DNA from: Leptonemataceae bacterium | Lineage (GTDB): Bacteria > Spirochaetota > Leptospiria > Leptospirales > Leptonemataceae | Reading direction: 5' to 3' | DNA: 64,000 nt | NCBI GenBank assembly: GCA_965227295.1 | Contig: OZ245742.1 | Coordinates: forward strand, 3,808,001-3,872,000 | Shown: positions 27,738-39,125 of the stretch, piece after piece | How positions within the stretch are numbered: the first letter of the stretch is position 1 | Layout: every line of letters starts with the position of its first letter | Position numbers and translations under genes: made by a program | Notes under the pieces: model-generated | The model's database searches: none | What the model saw: only the letters and a program-made list of their open reading frames with translations | What the model was told of the DNA's origin: nothing

Positions 27738-28721
27738 ATGTCCGCTTCTTCGCTCGCCTCGATTCTGAATCATCTTCACGAACCCGGGGTCCTCGTCCTC
27801 GGGGACTTCATGCTCGACGAGTACATCCACGGCGTCGTCGAACGCATTTCGCCGGAAGCCCCGGTACCCATTGTCCTCGAAAAAGAAGTGCGCACGGTTC
27901 CGGGGGGAGCCGGCAACGTGGTGCGCAACCTGCGCAGCCTGGGCGTGCCGGTATTTATGGCCGGCATCATCGGCACCGACGAATCGGGGCGTGTGCTTAC
28001 GGAAAGTTTCGCGGCGATGGGCATCGACGAAGAGGGTATGGGCCTGATCGAAACCGACGATCGCCCGACCACGCGCAAGACGCGCATCCTGGCCGGGCAG
28101 CAACAGGTGGTACGCCTGGATCGCGAGAGCGGCAACGAGCCGTCCGAAGCCGTGCGGGATCGCATGTTCGCGTTCATTGAAAGTGTGATGCCGAAGATCC
28201 GCGCCGTCATTATTTCGGATTACGACAAGGGCCTGGTGCGGCCGCAAACGATCGAGCGCATCGTGAAACTCTCGCAGAAGCATAACTGTTTCATTGCGGT
28301 GGATCCGCAGGTGACGCACTTTAATTTTTACCAGCGCGTGGACGTGCTTACACCGAATCACCACGAGGCGGGGCGATTCCTCGGCCGCAAGTTAGTGGAT
28401 GATGCGGACGTGGTCGCGGGCGGTCGGGAGATCGTCGCGCGTTTGAATGCGAGTTCGTTGTTGATTACCCGCGGCGAAAAAGGCATGACGTTGTTCGAAC
28501 CCGGCCGGGAAACGCATATTCCGACGATGGCGCGCGAGGTCTTCGATGTGACGGGCGCCGGGGATACCGTGATCTCGGTGTATACGGCGGCGGTGGCGGC
28601 CGGCGCATCGAACGAGGACGCGGCAAGATTGAGCAACCTGGCGGCGGGGTTGGTGGTAGCACAACTGGGAGCGGCCACGGTAACAGTGGACGAGTTGCGC
28701 AGAGCACTGAAGGCGCAATAA
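27738..28721 (+). CDS. rfaE1: D-glycero-beta-D-manno-heptose-7-phosphate kinase
   Basis: GDFMLDEY...RISPEAPVP, GGAGNV, SDYDKG, TPNHHE, DVTGAGDTV. Confidence 0.95.
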   Translation: MSASSLASILNHLHEPGVLVLGDFMLDEYIHGVVERISPEAPVPIVLEKEVRTVPGGAGNVVRNLRSLGVPVFMAGIIGTDESGRVLTESFAAMGIDEEGMGLIETDDRPTTRKTRILAGQQQVVRLDRESGNEPSEAVRDRMFAFIESVMPKIRAVIISDYDKGLVRPQTIERIVKLSQKHNCFIAVDPQVTHFNFYQRVDVLTPNHHEAGRFLGRKLVDDADVVAGGREIVARLNASSLLITRGEKGMTLFEPGRETHIPTMAREVFDVTGAGDTVISVYTAAVAAGASNEDAARLSNLAAGLVVAQLGAATVTVDELRRALKAQ

Positions 28722-28731
28722 GAGCGCAGCG

Positions 28732-28838
28732 ATTCTTCGCGCGAGGGATTGGAAGGGTGGCCGAAGGCCAGTCTCGCGTAGCGAGACCGAAGCGATAGCG
28801 GAGCCCTGGAAAGCCCGGTCGCCGTAGGCGACGCGCCC
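28732..28838 (+). repeat. Structured palindromic repeat, copy 3
   Basis: ATTCTTCGCGCGAGGGATTGGAAGGGT...CCGAAGCGATAGCGGAGCCCTGGAAAGCCCG...CGCCC. Confidence 0.9.
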
Positions 28839-28850
28839 AAACTATTAGCC

Positions 28851-31074
<2,224 letters not shown>

Positions 31075-31092
31075 GCGGCGCGGCCCGACGCA

Positions 31093-32007
31093 TCAAAAGC
31101 ATCCCGCCACCGAAACACCGTAACGCCCGGCCAGATAACATTCCACTCCACTGCGTTCGCCCGCGGACAGCGCGCGTCGGTAGACGATGACTTCGCCGAT
31201 GCGGCCGTTGAAGTAGTTCACCGTTCCGTCCTGATTGCACAGCGTAAGATTGCCCGCGCTGCTGAGGCTCCCCGCGATCGTCGAGTTCTGAATGCCGCTC
31301 AGACTGCCGTTGAGATACGCGAGAATTTCAGTGCGCCCCGTACGAACGCCGCTGATGATGGCGGGGCTGCCGATCGTCAGTCCCGTCGCCGTCGAAATAG
31401 GATACTCGGCCACGTCGCTCGTGACGCCGAGGCGCGCCGTCGTTGCTGACATCTCGATGCCCAGGAACATGGGATTCGTAACGCTGCCGCCCGGATCGCG
31501 TTTGCTGAAGACGCCCTGAAAGTTTGTACTGGTAGATGTTAGCTGGATTACTGTAACGAACGTCCAGCTCTCGTCGCCGCTGATGTTCAGCGCGGTGGCG
31601 TTGCCGGCGCTGAGTTCATCGTTCACACCGTCGCAACCGATGGCGGCTCGCGTGCCGATCGTAATATCGGCGGGTTGTTGGTTCGGGGTGGATTGAGCGA
31701 AGGTGATGTTGTTGCCGGAGCGATCGGTCCAGTCCGCCACGGTGCCGCCGTTGCGGTTGAGCGAGGTTTCGGCATCGAGCCAGAGGACGAGATCGGAAAC
31801 CGTGTTCGGCGCCGTGGCGTTCGTGGTGGGCGAGTGCACGAGGCCGAAGGCGAAGAGGTTCAACAAGAGGAACGTCTCGGTGGAGGCGTCGGATTGCTCG
31901 AAGTCGCGGAGTCCGACGACGGGATGCCCGACGGCGCAGGCGGTGGTGAGCAGGAATGCCAGGGCCGGCGCAAGGATGGCCGACGTTGCCGTTTTGAGGG
32001 GGCGCAT
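31093..32007 (-). CDS. Lipoprotein with LamG/concanavalin A-like jellyroll domain
   Basis: Lipobox-like FLLTTAC; LVLWLDA...VADWTDRSGN, AYLNG, FNGRIGEVIVYRRALS..ER..VECYLAGRYG are typical of LamG-like domains. Confidence 0.8.
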   Translation of the reverse strand: MRPLKTATSAILAPALAFLLTTACAVGHPVVGLRDFEQSDASTETFLLLNLFAFGLVHSPTTNATAPNTVSDLVLWLDAETSLNRNGGTVADWTDRSGNNITFAQSTPNQQPADITIGTRAAIGCDGVNDELSAGNATALNISGDESWTFVTVIQLTSTSTNFQGVFSKRDPGGSVTNPMFLGIEMSATTARLGVTSDVAEYPISTATGLTIGSPAIISGVRTGRTEILAYLNGSLSGIQNSTIAGSLSSAGNLTLCNQDGTVNYFNGRIGEVIVYRRALSAGERSGVECYLAGRYGVSVAGCF

Positions 32008-32080
32008 GGATGTTGAGACCGGGTGGGGAATCGTAAGATAAGATTCAGTGACTTATCCCCGTTTTCCGACACACCAAAAT

Positions 32081-32923
32081 TCAAGCGACCTCTAAATCCT
32101 CGAATTGATTCGGGCTCATAAACCCGATGCTACTATGAACCCTCCGGGGGTTGTAGAAGAGTTCGATGAACTCAAACACAGCCTCCCGGGCATGATCCAC
32201 ATCTACAAACTCGTCCGTGCCGATCCCTTCCTTGAGGATCGAGAAGAACGATTCCACACACGCATTGTCCCAACAGTTCCCCCGCCGGCTCATGCTTTGC
32301 ACGATGTTGTGGCGACGGAGTTCCACGCGGAACTCACGCGATGCATACTGCACGCCCTGATCCGAATGGAACATCAGCCCCTTGCCCGGCTGCCTCGTCT
32401 TCACGGCCATATCCAGCGCCGCCACGGCGAGTTGCGCAGGCATACGATCCTGCACGTCCCAACCGATGATGCGACGCGAGAACAGGTCCATCACAACGCA
32501 TAGATAGACCCAGCCAATGCGCGTTTTCAGGAACGTGATATCCGAAGCCCAGACACGATTAGGTTGCGCCACGTTGAAGTTACGGCCGAGCAGATTCGGA
32601 GACGCCTTGAAGCGATGATTCGAGTCCGTCGTGCAGACCTTGAATTTTCGCCTTTGTTTCCCGCTGATTCCAGCCTGTTTCATCAGTCGGTGGATACGTG
32701 TTTTGCCCACGTATTCGCCCCAACCGCGCAGGATTTCCCGGATCTTGGCGACGCCGCAGCGACCTTGCTCGTGATAGGCCTGCACGATCAAACGCGTAAG
32801 TCTGACATCTTCACGATCACGCGCCGACGGTGCACGCTTTACGAAGCGATAGAACGATTTTCGCGAAACCTCAAGTACGCGGGCCATGCGACCGATTGGA
32901 AACTCCTCGCGATGAGCTTCCAT
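32081..32923 (-). CDS. IS3 transposase OrfB (DDE integrase core)
   Basis: WASDIT, VMDLFSRRIIGW, HSDQGVQY, SMSRRGNCWDNACVESFF..LKE, FYNPRRVHSSIG. Confidence 0.96.
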   Translation of the reverse strand: MEAHREEFPIGRMARVLEVSRKSFYRFVKRAPSARDREDVRLTRLIVQAYHEQGRCGVAKIREILRGWGEYVGKTRIHRLMKQAGISGKQRRKFKVCTTDSNHRFKASPNLLGRNFNVAQPNRVWASDITFLKTRIGWVYLCVVMDLFSRRIIGWDVQDRMPAQLAVAALDMAVKTRQPGKGLMFHSDQGVQYASREFRVELRRHNIVQSMSRRGNCWDNACVESFFSILKEGIGTDEFVDVDHAREAVFEFIELFYNPRRVHSSIGFMSPNQFEDLEVA

Positions 32924-32934
32924 GAACTCGAAAA

Positions 32935-33228
32935 CTACAGTTCTCTCGATAGCATGGCCGCGAACTTTTTTAGGATCGTGTTATCCATCTTCAGTTCGGC
33001 GTTCTCTTTACGAAGCTGCTCCAGCTCCTCTTCGACGCTGAGCTTGCTGCGCTTCCCTTTGCCTTTTTCTTCTTTGGCCTCTCGATCCATATACTCCTTC
33101 TTCCACTCACGCAAAGTCCAGTAGCTGATCCCCAGCGACGCCGACACTTCTTTCAGGGTGCGCTCACCCTCCACTACGGCCTTCACGGCCTCCTCGCGGA
33201 ATTCCCGCGGATACCTCTTCTTTTTCAC
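32935..33228 (-). CDS. IS3 transposase OrfA (HTH plus leucine zipper)
   Basis: RYPREFREEAV..., LGIS..TL..W, ELEQLRKENAELKMDNTILKK; GGAGG ribosome-binding site before the GTG. Confidence 0.95.
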   Translation of the reverse strand: MKKKRYPREFREEAVKAVVEGERTLKEVSASLGISYWTLREWKKEYMDREAKEEKGKGKRSKLSVEEELEQLRKENAELKMDNTILKKFAAMLSREL

Positions 33229-33378
33229 TCTGACCTCCTTATTCAGGACGCCCGATTTAGTGTATCAGTTTTCGGGGATAAGCCACCTTTCCGCCTCCTC
33301 ATTTTTTCCCCAATCATCACCAAAAAAATCTCCCGAAACCACAAAAAAATCCATCTAACCCAACCCCAGGAATAATAC

Positions 33379-33407
33379 TTGCCTTCGGCGTGCCCTGACT
33401 CTATCCT
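33379..33407 (+). promoter_or_regulatory. Putative sigma70 promoter of the kdsA-lpt-rpoN operon
   Basis: TTGCCT-N17-TATCCT, 11 nt before the ATG at 33419. Confidence 0.55.
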
Positions 33408-33418
33408 GCGATTTGCCT

Positions 33419-34282
33419 ATGATGATCACCGAACGAGAATTTCTGAACGGGCGGCGCATCGGCGGGGATCAGCCGTTTTTCCTGATCGCCGGGCCCTGCG
33501 TCATCGAGAGCCGCGATATGATCGCGCGGACATGCGAGATCATGCAGGAGCTTTGCGAAGAACTCGGCATCCTGTACATCTTCAAGAGCAGCTTCGATAA
33601 GGCGAACCGCTCGTCGGTGGATTCGCCGCGCGGGCCCGGCATCGACGAGGGGCTCGCACATCTGCGCTACATCAAAGAAACATTCAAGGTCCCGGTGCTC
33701 ACCGATATTCACGAGACGGCCCAGGTGCCGGCGGTGGCCGAGGTCTGCGACGTGTTGCAGATCCCCGCGTTTCTGTGCCGGCAAACCGACCTGCTCATCG
33801 CCTGTGCCGATTCAGGGCGCTGGGTGAACGTGAAAAAAGGCCAGTTCGTGGCGCCGTCGGACTGCGGGGCGATTGTGGAGAAGATCACCGGGCGGGGCTC
33901 GCAGAAGTACCTCATGACCGAACGCGGGGCAACGTTCGGCTACAACAACCTGGTCTTCGATCCGCGTTCCAACGAGATCTTACACGGCATGGACATTCCC
34001 GTCGTCCACGATGCCACGCACAGCACGCAGATGCCCGGCGGCGGCAAGACCAGCGGCGGCAATCGTGAGATGGTTCCGGTCCTCGCCCGGGCGGCGGTGG
34101 CGGCGGGCCTCGAGGGCATCTTCATGGAGGTGCATCCCGATCCGGCGCAGGCGTGGTCCGACGCCTCGAACCAGTACTGGCTCGATAAGGCGCCGGATCT
34201 CGTGCGGCGCCTGTATCGCCTGGATCGTTTTGTGAAGTCGGAGGTCCTTTCCGATGCCGGCGCATCCGTTCAATCCAGCTAA
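33419..34282 (+). CDS. kdsA: KDO-8-phosphate synthase
   Basis: LIAGPCVIE, KSSFDKANRSS, QIPAFLCRQT, NVKKGQF, DATHS, FMEVHPDP. Confidence 0.97.
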   Translation: MMITEREFLNGRRIGGDQPFFLIAGPCVIESRDMIARTCEIMQELCEELGILYIFKSSFDKANRSSVDSPRGPGIDEGLAHLRYIKETFKVPVLTDIHETAQVPAVAEVCDVLQIPAFLCRQTDLLIACADSGRWVNVKKGQFVAPSDCGAIVEKITGRGSQKYLMTERGATFGYNNLVFDPRSNEILHGMDIPVVHDATHSTQMPGGGKTSGGNREMVPVLARAAVAAGLEGIFMEVHPDPAQAWSDASNQYWLDKAPDLVRRLYRLDRFVKSEVLSDAGASVQSS

Positions 34283-34868
34283 CTTGCGGCGATTCAATGT
34301 TATGCTGATGCTCTGCGCCGCCAGCCTGCTCGCCGCCTGTTCGGACGGCGCACGCCTTGTGGACGAGGAGATCCGGGAAACCGACGCCACCGTACGCATC
34401 AAGAATTTCCGCCGGCAGTCCATTTCCGTGGACGGCACTCCCGTGTGGTACGTGAAGGCCGAAGAGGCCTTTCTCTACCAGGAAGAGGACAAGCCCGTCC
34501 GCATTGTCGCCTACGATTTTGAATTCGAGCAGTTCAACAAAGACGGCCAACTCTCCGACGTGATGGTCGCCGACCGCGGGGAGATCGATTACCTGGACGA
34601 GATGTACTATCTCACGGGGAACGTCTTTTACGAGGACCAGCTCGGCGACGAGAAGCGCAAGATCACCGCCGAGGAAATCCAGTACGATCGCATTGAGGGC
34701 ATTATGACGTCCGAGAAGCCCCTGGTCATCGAAGAAGAGGGCATGGTGACCCGCTGCACCCGCGGGGCGGAGATCGATACGTTGAACAACCGCCAGGTTT
34801 GCAAGGGGCCCATGGTGATCTCGGTGTCCGAGGAAGGCGGCACGGACGCCGCCGATATTTTCAACTGA
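34254..34868 (+). CDS. lptC: LptC-like LPS export protein (start uncertain)
   Basis: Lies between kdsA and lptA/lptB; beta-jellyroll-like sequence (WYVKAEEA, ADRGEID, LTGNV, ITAEEIQYD); lipobox-like LLAAC. Confidence 0.7.
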   Translation: MPAHPFNPANLRRFNVMLMLCAASLLAACSDGARLVDEEIRETDATVRIKNFRRQSISVDGTPVWYVKAEEAFLYQEEDKPVRIVAYDFEFEQFNKDGQLSDVMVADRGEIDYLDEMYYLTGNVFYEDQLGDEKRKITAEEIQYDRIEGIMTSEKPLVIEEEGMVTRCTRGAEIDTLNNRQVCKGPMVISVSEEGGTDAADIFN

Positions 34869-34886
34869 GTGCAAACATAAACTAAA

Positions 34887-36404
34887 ATGAAGTTACGCCT
34901 CGACATCTTTGCGATCGTGCTGCTGATCGCTGCCGGTAGCGCCTGCCGTTCTCTCGGCGGTCCGCGGGATGTGCCCGGGCCGTCGACCGATTCCGATGGC
35001 GACCCGGCACTGGTCGACGAAGGCGACGCCGCGAAGGATCAGACGGAAGAAGAAGCCGGGCCCGTTCCCGCTGATTCCGAGAATTTCATCGTCGACGAAA
35101 GCCCCGATAAAAGAGGCCGCAAGGTTCGCACTTCGTTCTCCGGTTACGAGCTGATTCGCGAGATCAAAGAGGACGAGTTCGGCATCAAAACGACCATCAT
35201 CACCATTCGCGGCAACGCCACCATTCGCCACGAAAAAGTACTGATCACCGCCTCGAAGATGACCGTGGTCGACGGCGTACGCGGGGAACTAGTGGGCAAT
35301 GTGCGCATCTATGATCGTGAGAGCGGACTGCGGGTCTATGCCGCCCGCGCTGACTACGATCGCGACGAACAGCTCGTGAATCTCAGCGGCAGCCCGCATC
35401 TTACCGTTCAGCAGGAGGGCCAGAAGCCCACGCTCGTGACCTGCACGAAGATCGTTCGGGACCTGGCGGCGAAGACGGCGACTCTTGACGGCGACGTGCG
35501 CATCCACCACGATTCCTGGACCGTGATCGGTGACGCCGCCGTCTACTACGACCAGGAGAATCGTGTCGTTGTGAAAGACAATCCGCTGCTCTTCGGGGAG
35601 CGGCAGTTTCTCTCGGGCGATCAGATCACCTACAACGTCAAAGAACGCACCGCGTTTCTGGAAGGGCGCACCACGTACATCTCCGGCGGGGACGGCGACG
35701 ACAACGTTTTCGGCGACGTGGCCACCGGCCCGCCGCCGGGCCTGGAAGAGTACACGCGCAAGGGTGGCAACATCGATCGGCCGGCTCCGTCAGAAAACGA
35801 CGGCGAGGACGGCGAGGTGAAAGACGCCGGGCCGTTTTACTTAACCGCCGATCAAATCCAGCACAGCTTCCCGCGCGGCGAAGAACCCACCACCGAGGTG
35901 CGCGGCAACGTGCTCATGACACGCGGCGAATCCCTGGTCATTGAGACGCCGTATCTCGTCGCCCTGGGCCGCGACTTTCATACGATCCACACGGAGGAGG
36001 GCGTGCAGATGACCGACCGCGAACGCGGTATGTACGTCGAGGCCGGCGTGATGGACTATCAATCGAACGAAGAGATGTTGCGCCTGGAAGGCAATCCGTT
36101 CATCGACTTTCTGAAAAAAGACGGCACGGTGGAAGCGACGCTGAGCGGCGCGGTCATCGAACGCGACTTCGCCGACGGTTCGACTTCGGCCTGGGGCGAT
36201 GTGCGCATTGAACGCGAACGTTACACGGCCACCGGTGAGATGGCCACGTTCTACGAGGACGCCGATGTTATCGTACTCGAAGGCGAACCCGGTCTCGAAG
36301 ACGGGCCGAGTAAGATTCGCGCCGAGAAGATTCTGTTTTATCCGGAGAAAAACCGGGTGTTACTCTACAATCGCATTCGCGGTTACCTGGGAACGGAGGG
36401 CTGA
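34887..36404 (+). CDS. Extended LptA/OstA-family LPS transport protein
   Basis: Repeated GNV/GDV-I..A..A.Y...L.G.P OstA-type motifs; immediately before lptB. Confidence 0.75.
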   Translation: MKLRLDIFAIVLLIAAGSACRSLGGPRDVPGPSTDSDGDPALVDEGDAAKDQTEEEAGPVPADSENFIVDESPDKRGRKVRTSFSGYELIREIKEDEFGIKTTIITIRGNATIRHEKVLITASKMTVVDGVRGELVGNVRIYDRESGLRVYAARADYDRDEQLVNLSGSPHLTVQQEGQKPTLVTCTKIVRDLAAKTATLDGDVRIHHDSWTVIGDAAVYYDQENRVVVKDNPLLFGERQFLSGDQITYNVKERTAFLEGRTTYISGGDGDDNVFGDVATGPPPGLEEYTRKGGNIDRPAPSENDGEDGEVKDAGPFYLTADQIQHSFPRGEEPTTEVRGNVLMTRGESLVIETPYLVALGRDFHTIHTEEGVQMTDRERGMYVEAGVMDYQSNEEMLRLEGNPFIDFLKKDGTVEATLSGAVIERDFADGSTSAWGDVRIERERYTATGEMATFYEDADVIVLEGEPGLEDGPSKIRAEKILFYPEKNRVLLYNRIRGYLGTEG

Positions 36405-37204
36405 TGCCTGCAACCGAAGACAAGACCAAACGCCGGAGCACCGCGCGCAAGAAGCGCCGGGAGATTCCCTTCGATCCGTCCGCGCGCGTGTTGCGCGGGC
36501 AGAACCTGGTAAAGATCTACAACAAACGCAAGGTCGTCGACCGGGTCAGCTTCGAGATTCGCCAGCGCGAGATCGTCGGCCTGCTCGGGCCGAACGGGGC
36601 CGGCAAGACCACTTCGTTTTACATGGCCGTGGGACTCGTGCAGCCGGATGAGGGTCGCGTATTCATCGACAACGAGGACATTACGCATCTGCCCATGTAC
36701 CGTAAGGCGCGCCTGGGCATCGGCTATCTGCCCCAGGAAGCTTCCGTTTTTCGTAAGTTAACGGTGGCCGAGAACATCGAGGCGGTGCTGGAGATGCAGG
36801 GCCTCGCCCGCGCGGAGATCGTGCGTCGGCGGGACGCGTTGCTGGACGAACTGCAGTTGCATCGCGTATCGAATCAGAACGGTTATACGTTGTCCGGCGG
36901 CGAGCGCCGACGTTGTGAGATTGCGCGGGCCCTGGCCACGGAACCGGACTTCATCCTGCTGGACGAACCCTTTGCCGGGGTCGACCCCATCGCCGTAAAA
37001 GACATCCAGGAACTGGTGGACCATCTTCGCGATCGCGGCCTGGGCATCCTCATTACCGACCACAACGTTCGCGAAACGTTGAAGATTACGGATCGTTCGT
37101 ACATCATGTACGCCGGGCAAATCCTGCGGAGCGGCGAGCCGCGAGAACTCGTAAACGACGTGGAGATCCGCAAGAAATACCTGGGAGAAGACTTTCGTCT
37201 GTAG
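36404..37204 (+). CDS. lptB: LPS export ABC transporter ATPase
   Basis: [52 protein letters not shown]. Confidence 0.97.
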   Translation: MPATEDKTKRRSTARKKRREIPFDPSARVLRGQNLVKIYNKRKVVDRVSFEIRQREIVGLLGPNGAGKTTSFYMAVGLVQPDEGRVFIDNEDITHLPMYRKARLGIGYLPQEASVFRKLTVAENIEAVLEMQGLARAEIVRRRDALLDELQLHRVSNQNGYTLSGGERRRCEIARALATEPDFILLDEPFAGVDPIAVKDIQELVDHLRDRGLGILITDHNVRETLKITDRSYIMYAGQILRSGEPRELVNDVEIRKKYLGEDFRL

Positions 37205-37238
37205 CAGGCGGCGAAGGTCATTTGAGAGTACAGCAAAC

Positions 37239-38741
37239 ATGGCGCTCAGTCAAAATTTAGTACAGAAGCAGACCCAGCGACTGGTCATCACCCAGGATCT
37301 GCGGCAGTCCATCGAACTCTTGCCGCTTTCGAATCTGGAGTTGTCGGAGCGCATTCAAAAAGAAATCCTGGAAAATCCGCTGCTGGAGGAACGTGAATCC
37401 GAGAGCGGCGAAAATTCGGCGGCGGCCCAGGCCGTGCCGGCCGAGAAACCGAAGACCGAGGGCCAGGACGACGGCGAGGGCGAAGATTCCTGGCGCAGTG
37501 AAACATCCGAGCGCGCGGCCGAACGCGACTTCGGTTCCCGGGAGTACAACCGCAACGATTACAGCCCCGGTGACGCCGCCCGCGGTGCCGAGCGCGCCGA
37601 GCAGAAGCATCAGTTCATTCAGAACGGTGTCTCTTCGAACGAGTCTCTCGCCGATCATCTGCTCTGGCAACTGCGCATGTCCGATCTTGAGAGCGCCGAG
37701 ATCGAAGCCGGAGAGATGATCATCTCCGCCATCGACGAGCGCGGCTTTCTCGTGGAACCGCTGGAAGATTTGATTGCCGGCACCGAAGTAAAGTTCGCCG
37801 ACGCGAGCCGCGCCTTAGAACAGATTCACGGTTTCGATCCCATCGGCTGCGGGGCGCGGGACATTCCGTCGTCGCTGCTGGTTCAGGCGCGGCTGTTGCA
37901 TCCGGAGGACCTCATTACGCGGCGGCTGCTCGCCGAACACTTCGAGGACCTGGAAAAGCTCGATTATAAAAAGATCGAGCGGGTGACGGGTTACTCGCGC
38001 GACGACATCGAAACCTCGCTGCAGTTCGTTCGAACCCTGGAGCCGTACCCGGGCACCCTCTTTGCCGGTCGACAGCCGGAGTACATCGTCCCCGACGTGC
38101 TCATCGTCGACCTGACTGACGGCTTCGAGGTGGTCATCAATGACGACTGGCTGCCGACCCTGGGCATCAACGACGAGTACCGCGATATGCTGCGGTCTAC
38201 CCGCAAACAAACCGAAGATCGCGAGTACTTACAGACGAAGCTGACGTCCGCGCAGTGGCTGATCAAGAGTATTCGCCAGCGTCGGCAGACACTCTATCGC
38301 GTGATGAAGGCGATCCTGGAATTTCAGGAAGATTTTTTCCGCAACGGCCAGGGCCATCTGCGCCCGCTCACGCTGCGCATGGTCGCGGAGAAGGTGGAAC
38401 TGCACGAATCCACGGTCTCCCGGATTACCACGAACAAGTACGCCCAGACGCGCTGGGGCGTTTTCGAACTGAAGTACTTCTTCTCCAGTTCACTGCGATC
38501 GTCCGGCGGCGGCAGCGAGAAACACTCCGCCCGCAGCATCCAGGACCGCATCCGGATCCTGGTCGAAGAAGAGGATGACGAGAACCCCCTCTCGGATCAG
38601 GAAATTATGGAGAAGATTAAGGCGGAGGGCGTGCAGATCGCCCGTCGGACGGTCGCCAAGTACCGTAAGATCCTGAAAATTCTGCCCGCGGATCGTCGCA
38701 AGAAACTGAAGAAGTTGAACAACGCCCGATCATCCAATTGA
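37239..38741 (+). CDS. rpoN: RNA polymerase sigma-54 factor
   Basis: Gln-rich region I, LENPLLE, HESTVSR, RpoN box ARRTVAKYR. Confidence 0.98.
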   Translation: MALSQNLVQKQTQRLVITQDLRQSIELLPLSNLELSERIQKEILENPLLEERESESGENSAAAQAVPAEKPKTEGQDDGEGEDSWRSETSERAAERDFGSREYNRNDYSPGDAARGAERAEQKHQFIQNGVSSNESLADHLLWQLRMSDLESAEIEAGEMIISAIDERGFLVEPLEDLIAGTEVKFADASRALEQIHGFDPIGCGARDIPSSLLVQARLLHPEDLITRRLLAEHFEDLEKLDYKKIERVTGYSRDDIETSLQFVRTLEPYPGTLFAGRQPEYIVPDVLIVDLTDGFEVVINDDWLPTLGINDEYRDMLRSTRKQTEDREYLQTKLTSAQWLIKSIRQRRQTLYRVMKAILEFQEDFFRNGQGHLRPLTLRMVAEKVELHESTVSRITTNKYAQTRWGVFELKYFFSSSLRSSGGGSEKHSARSIQDRIRILVEEEDDENPLSDQEIMEKIKAEGVQIARRTVAKYRKILKILPADRRKKLKKLNNARSSN

Positions 38742-38798
38742 CAGCACGCTGACGCCGGTAAAAATGATACCCGCATCAAGCAAGGAGTTTCGTTCGCA

Positions 38799-39101
38799 AT
38801 GAACATCACGTACTACTTTCAGAACCTCGAAGCCTCGGACGCGATCAAAGACTACTGCGACAAGAAGATCGAAAAACTGTCGTCGCACTTCAACTCCCTT
38901 ATGTCCGCCGACGTGCGTTGCAAGGTCGAGAAGATCGAACAGATCGTGGAGATCCAGATTAACGCGGACAAAGAGCAGTTCATTGCTTCGGAGTCCCACG
39001 AGGACATGTACGCCGCCATCGATCTGGTCGAAGAGAAACTTGAAAAACAAATCCGCCGCCACAAAGAGAAAGTGCTCGATCGCAAACATCGCCCGCACTG
39101 A
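38799..39101 (+). CDS. hpf: Ribosome hibernation promoting factor (short HPF/RaiA)
   Basis: DMYAAIDLVEEKLEKQIRRHK; follows rpoN. Confidence 0.93.
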   Translation: MNITYYFQNLEASDAIKDYCDKKIEKLSSHFNSLMSADVRCKVEKIEQIVEIQINADKEQFIASESHEDMYAAIDLVEEKLEKQIRRHKEKVLDRKHRPH

Positions 39102-39125
39102 ACGCCGGCGAACCCCTGAATCAGC

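Larger units (their letters stand above)
32049..33285 (-). mobile_element. IS3-family insertion sequence, 1237 bp
   Basis: TG...CA ends with imperfect inverted repeats TGACTTATCCCCGTTTTCCGACACACC (from 32049) and TGGCTTATCCCCGAAAACTGATACACT (reverse complement ending 33285); orfA/orfB; AAAAAAG slippery site; no target duplication. Confidence 0.95.
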
